Shown piece after piece: positions 30,143-36,364 of a DNA stretch of 64,000 nt (the first letter of the stretch is position 1; each line of letters begins with the position of its first letter). The notes below the pieces were generated by a model. It was not told the origin of the DNA and did no database searches. It was given only the letters and a program-made list of their open reading frames with translations. Made by a program: the position numbers and the translations under genes. Source of the DNA: Escherichia phage phiP4; sequence record PP993145.1; one strand, written 5' to 3'.

Positions 30143-30635
30143 CAATTTTTAAAGAGCGCGGCGGTAAACTCCCCGCCGTGTAGTTCGTCATTGCCGCCCT
30201 ACGAGATAAATAATAACAAACAACGAAAAAGGCGCAACCTTATATTTGTAAAGAAATGTAAAGACAAACGCCACCGGACACCGTGCGGCGACCTGGGCGC
30301 GGCGCATTAAAATTAAAAGAAACGGGCGCGCGAATACCACAAAACACAGCAGATAGGCAAGTAATTTTTTCATTTATATTTGCTTTGCCCTACTTGACAA
30401 AATCTAAAAAGCTCGTGGCAGCGATAAACGGCTTATCCCCTTATGATGGGATGGCTAAAAACTTTATTGCGTTCTGGGGCGTTTTAGGCCGCCTATTTTC
30501 GACTTAACAAATCATTAACAAACGCAAAATTGAAAAATAGTTGGAAAAGGTCTTGACTTTTAAAAATCAAGATCAAATGACTTATTTTATAAAATAAATT
30601 AATTGACTTTTATTTGTTAGTATGCATCGGAAAGA

Positions 30636-30714
30636 TAGCAGACTATTAATCACTAGAAGGATGATCATGCTGGTGGATTGTAACGGCCTGAATTATTAGC
30701 AGACTATTAATCAC
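30636..30714 (+). repeat. Two 18-bp direct repeats TAGCAGACTATTAATCAC (30636-30653 and 30697-30714)
   Basis: Identical 18-mers with starts 61 bp apart. They share the TAGCAGA core with the palindrome at 29688. Confidence 0.8.
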
Positions 30715-30776
30715 GGAAAAACTCATTAGCCAACTAACTATTTCATGATATATAATATACTTATAAATTAATGAGA

Positions 30777-30857
30777 AATAATAACTATAAGAAATCATCA
30801 CCATTATAATAATAACTATAAGAAATCATCACCATTATAATAATAACTATAAGAAAC
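30777..30857 (+). repeat. 31-bp tandem repeat AATAATAACTATAAGAAATCATCACCATTAT x about 2.6
   Basis: Two exact copies plus a 19-nt partial third copy, read directly. Confidence 0.85.
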
Positions 30858-30866
30858 TATCGGCAT

Positions 30867-30998
30867 AAGTGAGAACCACTATCATTTAAGTTATCCACAA
30901 TGTTATCCACAGCACAAAATAATTTGACACGATAGGCGGCGATATAAGGGCTTATCCACAGACTTATCCACAGGTTATCCTACTGTATAAATATACAG
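30867..30998. repeat. Left arm of large imperfect inverted repeat (pairs with 34010..34143)
   Basis: AAGTGAGAACCACT...TTATCCACA...TTGACA...CTTATCCACAGACTTATCCACAGGTTATCCTACTGTATAAATATACAG aligns along its whole length with the reverse complement of the right arm. Confidence 0.75.
30891..30983 (+). promoter_or_regulatory. DnaA-box cluster: 4 perfect TTATCCACA (30891, 30903, 30952, 30964) plus TTATCCTAC (30975)
   Basis: Exact matches to the 9-mer DnaA box consensus TTATCCACA, read directly. Confidence 0.8.
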
Positions 30999-31263
30999 GG
31001 TAAAAAGGCAGTGTTAACGACTGCAATCAATTTTAAGCGGCCTAAAACGCTTTCTAACGAGCTAAACGCTGTGGGGTAATATTAAAGTAAAGACCCAACG
31101 CGGTGCCCTGGTGGCTTCGCCGTGTTTTGCTCTTTACCGTACCGCTGCGCGGTTATCATAAAAATAGGCGTTAGGCAAGGAAAATAAAAAAGTAAAATAA
31201 TCTTTGCCTATGCTAGAAAATTACCCTTATCATTTACTCACCGATTAACGAGAGGGCCAACAA

Positions 31264-32256
31264 ATGAGGCTATATAAACCAGATAACGCAACCGTCTTAA
31301 AAGGTGCGCTGCGTAACCTGCTGGATGGTAGCAGAACAACCAGCATCCGGCATTTTGTTTTCAATATTGAAACTATTCATCAAAACTTTTTTGATGAATA
31401 TGACGCTTATAATATGAATAGTTTTCTACCGTTATATAAACAAGGGGCAACGCTTGTTTTGTATAATCAGGATTATCAATTGCTCACTAGTCGGGGGCCG
31501 GATACTGATTTCATAATCGTAAAAGGCAACACAGTAAAAGCCTATGATACTGGGGCGGGCTTAGAAGTTTTTTCAATAGAAAACTATGAGGCTAATGATA
31601 ATGATCTTTATGACGTAGAAAATTTTCTTGATTCATTTTGGCGTTATTTATCAGTTGGCTGGAATCGGTCGGATTCTGATGGGTATCGTTTTGCGGCTAT
31701 AATGGCCTTCGATGATAACGGTAATTTTTTGCTACCGTCGGAACTATGCCCGTATGTTTATAATGATCTGATACAGGAGGCCGGTTTTACTTTCTGGAAA
31801 GATGAGGATCAGATTATTAACAGTATAGAAAAACATGCTGTAAATTCTAACACTCAAAGCGTTATCACTCAAACTACTGAAAATAAAGGAAAAAACACTA
31901 TGACCAAGATCGCTAACATCGTTGCCGCCAATAAGTCTGCCGTTGTAAACGCTGCAAAACTGGAAGCGGGTAAAATTGCACTAACTCAAATCACGAAAGT
32001 AGCGGCTAAAAAAGCACCGTTCATGATCAAAGGTTATATCGATACGCCGATTGGTCGCGTAGTAATCGCTAACCTGCTGAGTGTAGCGGTTGACCAGTAC
32101 GCCCCGAGTAACCAGAAAGCGAAAGCGGTAGCGGGGGCGGCTATGGAAGCGGCAATGTTGGAAATGGTGCAAAGTTTTAACATCGCTGAGATGATCGATG
32201 AAATGGTAAAAGGTATCGATATTTCTACTTTTACCAATAACACCGAAAACGAGTAA
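31264..32256 (+). CDS. Hypothetical protein (330 aa), possibly two in-frame products (internal SD+ATG at 31900)
   Basis: Long ORF. The N-terminal ~210 aa are Asp/Asn/Phe/Tyr-rich, and the C-terminal ~118 aa are Ala/Lys-rich and amphipathic, preceded by AAGGAAAAAACACTATG. Confidence 0.6.
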   Translation: MRLYKPDNATVLKGALRNLLDGSRTTSIRHFVFNIETIHQNFFDEYDAYNMNSFLPLYKQGATLVLYNQDYQLLTSRGPDTDFIIVKGNTVKAYDTGAGLEVFSIENYEANDNDLYDVENFLDSFWRYLSVGWNRSDSDGYRFAAIMAFDDNGNFLLPSELCPYVYNDLIQEAGFTFWKDEDQIINSIEKHAVNSNTQSVITQTTENKGKNTMTKIANIVAANKSAVVNAAKLEAGKIALTQITKVAAKKAPFMIKGYIDTPIGRVVIANLLSVAVDQYAPSNQKAKAVAGAAMEAAMLEMVQSFNIAEMIDEMVKGIDISTFTNNTENE

Positions 32257-32283
32257 TAACTAGCCCATTGTAAAGTTTTGTAA

Positions 32284-32311
32284 AGGCCGCCTTTTATGGT
32301 GGCCTTTTTTG
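32284..32311 (+). terminator. Rho-independent terminator after the 330-aa ORF
   Basis: GGCCGCC-TTTTAT-GGTGGCC followed by TTTTTT. Confidence 0.7.
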
Positions 32312-32376
32312 TTATAATGCCTTTACACCGTTTGAGGACGGTTGAAAATTTTCCCAAAAAATTTTGGAGGCTTAAA

Positions 32377-32607
32377 ATGGTTGCTTTTTCTTCTTCTGAC
32401 GCTCTTTTCACTGGAAAAGGCTGGGTATCAAATCGCTGGATTATTCAGGAAATGGTGCAAGAGTACGGCATTGCTAAAACTTATACTACCATTCAGGCGC
32501 TTTATGATAATGATCAAATCGATCAGCAAACGGCGGGCTTTTTACTGGATACCCTGAAGGCGGAACACTGTACCAAAAAACAAGCCGCTAAAATTGTTTT
32601 AATGTAA
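32377..32607 (+). CDS. Hypothetical protein (76 aa from SD-preceded ATG 32377; ORF track start 32296)
   Basis: TTGGAGGCTTAAAATG ribosome-binding context. The ORF-track N-terminal extension overlaps the terminator. Confidence 0.55.
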   Translation: MVAFSSSDALFTGKGWVSNRWIIQEMVQEYGIAKTYTTIQALYDNDQIDQQTAGFLLDTLKAEHCTKKQAAKIVLM

Positions 32608-32656
32608 TTAATAACGGGGCGAAAGTATCGCCCCACTAACTAGGGGAGTATCACAA

Positions 32657-32839
32657 ATGATTATTTTTCGAGCTTTTTTAGCGGGTATCTTGGGAGCTAT
32701 TTTGACCCTTTTCGCCACCGCTTACGGTATTCAGGATTCCTATTGCGGTTTGGTAAACACAAAACCTATGGTTACTATAGGCGCTGGTATCGCTGTATTT
32801 TCTTATCTGCTGGGCTGCATGAATAGTAAAGGAGAATAA
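32657..32839 (+). CDS. Small two-TM membrane protein (60 aa)
   Basis: Hydrophobic segments FRAFLAGILGAILTLFATAYGI and VTIGAGIAVFSYLLGCM. SD taggggagtatcacaaATG. Confidence 0.55.
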   Translation: MIIFRAFLAGILGAILTLFATAYGIQDSYCGLVNTKPMVTIGAGIAVFSYLLGCMNSKGE

Positions 32840-32841
32840 AA

Positions 32842-33054
32842 ATGATCCGCAACGTTTCTCTTGCACGTTCGAAAGGTTTTAAGCTGGTGGACGCTAACAC
32901 GTTCGAGCGTCCAGATTGCAAGATCGAATATGTAGCACGTAATAAAAATGCCTTTCGTGTTACCGAGAAAAAATTTGATAAGCGCGGCAACGTGATCCTT
33001 GAAACGGTTAGGCACTTTGCCACCTTTTACGCTGCATTTCGTGGGGTACTATGA
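32842..33054 (+). CDS. Hypothetical basic protein (70 aa)
   Basis: SD aaaggagaataaaaATG. ATGA overlap with the next ORF. Confidence 0.55.
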   Translation: MIRNVSLARSKGFKLVDANTFERPDCKIEYVARNKNAFRVTEKKFDKRGNVILETVRHFATFYAAFRGVL

Positions 33055-33194
33055 AAAGCGTTATTGTTGTTATCCTTGCAATGGCTGGCGGTTTTATCGC
33101 CACCTTATTTAAGAATGATCCCACTTCGTTGGGTATCTTTATGCTTTTATCGGGCTATCTGATCGGGAGGTTGTCAAATGATAGCGCAAATTAA
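33051..33194 (+). CDS. Small membrane protein (47 aa)
   Basis: Hand-translated as MKSVIVVILAMAGGFIATLFKNDPTSLGIFMLLSGYLIGRLSNDSAN, translationally coupled. Confidence 0.45.
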   Translation: MKSVIVVILAMAGGFIATLFKNDPTSLGIFMLLSGYLIGRLSNDSAN

Positions 33195-33300
33195 AACGGC
33201 TTTTCGTTTTTGGGGCGTCCTGCCTTCAATTGGTTTTATTCTGATAATCATTAGTCAGCTAATGATTATCGTTGGCGTTATCTGGGAGCTATGCAAATGA
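33178..33300 (+). CDS. Small membrane protein (40 aa)
   Basis: MIAQIKTAFRFWGVLPSIGFILIIISQLMIIVGVIWELCK, preceded by an SD (GGGAGG). Confidence 0.45.
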   Translation: MIAQIKTAFRFWGVLPSIGFILIIISQLMIIVGVIWELCK

Positions 33301-33641
33301 TCATTTACGAGGGCAATCGCTTTGTTGCTAATTGCCGCCCGGCATTGTTAGCAAACTATTTAAACCAGCTTTCACCAGCTTATAAGGGCGTTATTAATAT
33401 TTACGAGGGCAAGGCGCATTATAAAATCAATGCGGTCGTTGCCCGTGAACTAGCGTTTCAATTTTTAACCTTTGCATCTTGCGACGTTCAGGTTATGGGT
33501 GAGGCGTTAATTGCAGAAAATGAAGACGATTTTATTAATATTTTCCGTAAGGTATGCACCGAGCGCCTGATAATCAAAGGCGCATATATTCAATCCACGG
33601 CTGATAGTATTGAAACAGCGTTTCGAAAGGTGGCGCAATGA
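33291..33641 (+). CDS. Hypothetical protein (116 aa)
   Basis: ORF coupled to its flanking small ORFs. No motif recognised. Confidence 0.55.
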   Translation: MQMIIYEGNRFVANCRPALLANYLNQLSPAYKGVINIYEGKAHYKINAVVARELAFQFLTFASCDVQVMGEALIAENEDDFINIFRKVCTERLIIKGAYIQSTADSIETAFRKVAQ

Positions 33642-33751
33642 AACGATGGTTTAATCACTGGTACAAGCGGTTTTTAGTACGCCGTCGCAAGTCTAGGCAT
33701 CAAGATGAGTGGCGGGAGTGGGCAAAGCGTAACGGTTGCCCACTAATATAA
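33638..33751 (+). CDS. Small Arg/Trp-rich protein (37 aa)
   Basis: MKRWFNHWYKRFLVRRRKSRHQDEWREWAKRNGCPLI, with an ATGA overlap with the upstream ORF. Confidence 0.35.
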   Translation: MKRWFNHWYKRFLVRRRKSRHQDEWREWAKRNGCPLI

Positions 33752-33790
33752 TAATCACGGGGCGCAACTATCAGGGAGTGCCCCCAATTT

Positions 33791-33813
33791 TCAAATGATA
33801 ATCATTCTCATTT
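33791..33813. promoter_or_regulatory. Fur-box-like palindrome TCAAATGATAATCATTCTCATTT
   Basis: TCAAATGATAATCATTCTC matches the 19-bp Fur consensus GATAATGATAATCATTATC at 15 of 19 positions (hand alignment). Confidence 0.5.
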
Positions 33814-34009
33814 GACCGCGCCCGCGATGGTTAGCCTGCTAATGGTTCGGGTGTTACGTGTCGCCTTGTGTGATCGTTAGCTCGCTAACTAATTTTCAAG
33901 CCTCCTCCAATTTTGCCCTTGTTTTAGTATCCCCACCAAAATTAAACGCGTTAGAATGCGTTTGAGAGCGTTTTAACGCTATATTAGAATTATTCGCTGC
34001 GTAGGAATA

Positions 34010-34143
34010 CTGTATATTTATCCAGTAGGATAAGCTGTGGATAAGTCTGTTAATAACGCCTCAAAATGGCTAGGGTTTTGTCAAGTCAAATCGTGCTGTT
34101 AATAAGTCTGTGGATAACTTAAATAACAGTGTTTCTCACTTCC
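34010..34143. repeat. Right arm of large imperfect inverted repeat (pairs with 30867..30998)
   Basis: Its reverse complement reads CAGACTTATCCACAGCTTATCCTACTGGATAAATATACAG...GAAGTGAGAAACACT..., colinear with the left arm. Confidence 0.75.
34025..34117 (-). promoter_or_regulatory. DnaA-box cluster on opposite strand: TGTGGATAA at 34036 and 34109, GTAGGATAA at 34025, degenerate TGTTAATAA at 34048 and 34097
   Basis: Two exact reverse complements of TTATCCACA plus three variants, mirroring the left arm. Confidence 0.75.
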
Positions 34144-34149
34144 GTTCTT

Positions 34150-34367
34150 AAATGAGAATCATTATCATTTGTATTTCACTATCTAACTAATAATCATTCC
34201 ACTATCTAACTAATAATCATTCCACTTTCTAAATGAGAATCATTCCGCTTTTTAAATGAGAATCATTTCACTTTTTAAATGAGATTGATTCTCATTTCAC
34301 TTTCTAAATGCGAATTATTATCATTCTCATTCCGCTTTTTAAATGAGAATGATTCTTATTATCATTC
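34150..34367. repeat. Degenerate ~23-bp tandem array (6 copies) of AAATGAGAATCATT(N)C(N)CTTTTT containing Fur-box-like palindromes
   Basis: Copies start at 34150, 34231, 34254, 34277, 34306 and 34341. The first (TTAAATGAGAATCATTATC) matches the Fur consensus at 15 of 19 positions. 34277-34297 is the palindrome AAATGAGA-TTGAT-TCTCATTT. Confidence 0.7.
34177..34222 (+). repeat. 23-bp exact tandem duplication CACTATCTAACTAATAATCATTC x2
   Basis: Read directly from the sequence. Confidence 0.85.
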
Positions 34368-34374
34368 GTATTTA

Positions 34375-34400
34375 GCGCAGAGCAATTGCTCTGCGCTTTT
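34375..34400 (+). terminator. Perfect 22-bp palindrome GCGCAGAGCAATTGCTCTGCGC followed by TTTT
   Basis: Perfect hairpin with a T-run. It separates the AT-rich Fur-like array from the iteron array. Confidence 0.55.
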
Positions 34401-35000
34401 GTGCAAATCCGACATTGCTCCACGGGTGTTACGTGCGGGCGTGTATGTGCGAATCCGACAATTTTTGGTAGTGTGCAAATCCGACCCGAAAAATTTTTAT
34501 AGTGTGCAAATCCGACAATGAATTTTCCTAAAAACTCCAGCAATCCGATGCTGCGCATCAATCCTGTGGAATTAGCTAGAGTATGTGCAAATCCGACATG
34601 GGTTTATTTGTGCGAATCCGACAAGATTTTTGTGACTTCGATTGGAGGGTGTGTGATTGTGTGGGTTTGGGGAGAAGTTGAGAGAGCGAGAGAAAATAAG
34701 AGGAGAAGCTAGAGGGGCAGCAGTGGTGGCGTGCAACGCCTGATTTGCTGCGTTTTTGGGGAGAGTTGAAAAGATTTGGGTTAATTTGAGATTAGTGGAG
34801 ATAAAGTAAAATTTTATTAGCAAAATGGGGCAAAATAGCTTGACAAGTGAAAATTTCTGTGGCTCTAAAAACTCAGGCAATCACGGGCCTTCGGCCCGAA
34901 ATAATGCTGCCATTTTCAGGAGATTATATGTTCCTAAAAACTTAGGCAATTGTGCAAATCCGACCATAAATTTCTAGAAACACAATGTGCAAATCCGACA
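34401..35000 (+). repeat. Iteron array: 8 same-orientation copies of GTGC(A/G)AATCCGAC(A/C)
   Basis: Copies at 34401, 34447, 34473, 34504, 34585, 34610, 34952 and 34987. They are interspersed with CCTAAAAACT..GGCAAT (34527, 34865, 34932) and TTTCTAGAAA-type motifs, and there is no credible ORF. Confidence 0.85.
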
Positions 35001-35043
35001 GTAATTTCTGGAAATGTGTTTTCAAAAAATGTCTCCTAGAAAT

Positions 35044-35114
35044 AACCGCCCTCCCCATAACCGCCCTGTATTAAACCGCCTAGTATATGTTCCTAGAAAC
35101 TTGGGAGAACCGCC
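35044..35114 (+). repeat. Four direct AACCGCC heptamers (35044, 35059, 35074, 35108)
   Basis: Read directly. The first three are spaced 15 bp apart. Confidence 0.6.
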
Positions 35115-35249
35115 CACTAGAAGCGTGAGATCTCGTGAGTATTTCGTGAGAACTCTGGAGTTTCTAGGAAAGTGTTGTGCCATCCTAGCAGATGAGCGGC
35201 AACCGGTGTATCATCTTGAATGTAAATTATGTGGTCAAAAGTTTTACCT

Positions 35250-35431
35250 TTAATTTAAGTATAAGATCCCCCAAGATTGGAAGAGATGCTCCACCCCTGG
35301 GATACGAATTGCGTGAGATGGTACAAAACTTCTTAAGATTTCCCTAGTCCTTCGACAAGCTACGGGGGAAATAGAAGTTTCCCATCCACCATCCGTATCC
35401 GGGTGGATCTCTTTATTCTATGTTATTTCAT
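35250..35431 (-). ncRNA. Candidate non-coding transcript/leader driven by the promoter at 35438..35466, reading into the repeat region
   Basis: No ORF longer than 10 codons lies downstream of a consensus promoter. It contains hairpins ATCCACC...GGTGGAT and GGGAAA...TTTCCC. Confidence 0.3.
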
Positions 35432-35437
35432 AGAGTT

Positions 35438-35466
35438 ATTATAACATGCAGAAATCATAACGTCAA
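35438..35466 (-). promoter_or_regulatory. Early-type sigma70 promoter (-35 TTGACG, 17 bp, -10 TATAAT) pointing toward the terminal-repeat block
   Basis: The reverse complement reads TTGACGttatgatttctgcatgtTATAAT. Confidence 0.55.
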
Positions 35467-35473
35467 GTAGAGT

Positions 35474-36364
35474 TTATTCATCGAACATGAGATTTCCTTT
35501 CATCCCCATCTCCGCATACTCCATGAGTTCTTTGATGGATCTCACGGGGTAATCTACTTTACTAAAGTTATCATAGATCTTACATGAACTCTCATACAAC
35601 TCGTTAGGTATCTGCAATTTGTTATCTGTTAGCTTCTCATAACGTGCAGAAGAATTTGTACCGTCAAACAGAACTGCGATAACTGCGGCGATTTGTTTAG
35701 TAAGATCATCTGCTCCTAGAATTATTCTATTAATAGCAATCGTTACTTCATGCTTAGGTTTAGCAGGTGGAAGGATAGGTTTGAGATCCTTAGGTAAAGG
35801 TTCTGTTCCTAGGAATCCTTCTTTTGTGCGGAACCAATAATTATCTAGATCAGATATCGTCTTAGACTTATTCCAAATAGTGAAGCAGGGTTTATTTCCT
35901 TCACGATCTCTGTATTCACGAATTGGAAGGTAATGATCAGGGAATGAATTGAGTGCATCATGCATCGGTGAGCCTGTCTTTTTGAATGACAAACCATACA
36001 ACTCATTATAATTCATAACTTCATCTTCGTAAACATGGAAATCTTTATATGCTGGAAGATTAAACCATTCCTGAAGTGAATGAACTGCAAAACGTTGTGC
36101 CCAAGCATGCATCACTAGAACTCTGTATTCTTTTACTTCATCTTTTGGAGAAGTACCTTTAGCTGTTCTAGCTGAACGAATACAGAACATCTCAACAACA
36201 CGTTTCTCATTTAAAGAGAGTTCAGAATAACAACGTTCATGGCAACCTTCTAGCATTTCTAGAAGTTCACGTAGTTTCTCTACATCGACCGGTGGAAAAG
36301 GTCTTTCTTCAACTGCGAATTTACCAGTTACACCTTTTGGTTTTCTATTACTATAAAATCCCAT
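35474..36364 (-). CDS. Hypothetical early protein (296 aa)
   Basis: Long ORF, ATGA-coupled to the upstream gene. No motif recognised. Confidence 0.7.
   Translation of the reverse strand: MGFYSNRKPKGVTGKFAVEERPFPPVDVEKLRELLEMLEGCHERCYSELSLNEKRVVEMFCIRSARTAKGTSPKDEVKEYRVLVMHAWAQRFAVHSLQEWFNLPAYKDFHVYEDEVMNYNELYGLSFKKTGSPMHDALNSFPDHYLPIREYRDREGNKPCFTIWNKSKTISDLDNYWFRTKEGFLGTEPLPKDLKPILPPAKPKHEVTIAINRIILGADDLTKQIAAVIAVLFDGTNSSARYEKLTDNKLQIPNELYESSCKIYDNFSKVDYPVRSIKELMEYAEMGMKGNLMFDE

Noticed and set aside
30188-30507. ORFs 30188..30373 (minus, 61 aa hydrophobic) and 30283..30507 (plus, 74 aa)
   Set aside because: They overlap each other in the divergent control region, and I could find no convincing SD for either. 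The minus-strand one could be a small membrane protein, but the evidence is insufficient.
34150-35000. A possible CRISPR array, suggested by regularly recurring short repeats
   Set aside because: The repeats are only 13-23 bp and irregularly spaced (26-340 bp). Some are contiguous with no unique spacers, and there are no cas genes. They fit protein-binding iterons or tandem repeats better.
30777-35114. A plasmid-type or oriC-type replication origin (DnaA boxes plus iterons plus AT-rich repeats)
   Set aside because: It is tempting, but no Rep initiator gene is adjacent. The T5 pre-early/injection-stop region is known (by recollection) to carry DnaA boxes and palindromes without being the replication origin. 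It is kept only as an alternative hypothesis within the findings.
34279-35253. ORFs 34279..34521, 34304..34561, 34518..34712, 34572..34880 and 35014..35253
   Set aside because: They lie entirely within tandem or iteron repeat DNA and overlap each other on both strands. They lack SD sequences and have low-complexity products, so they are treated as non-coding.
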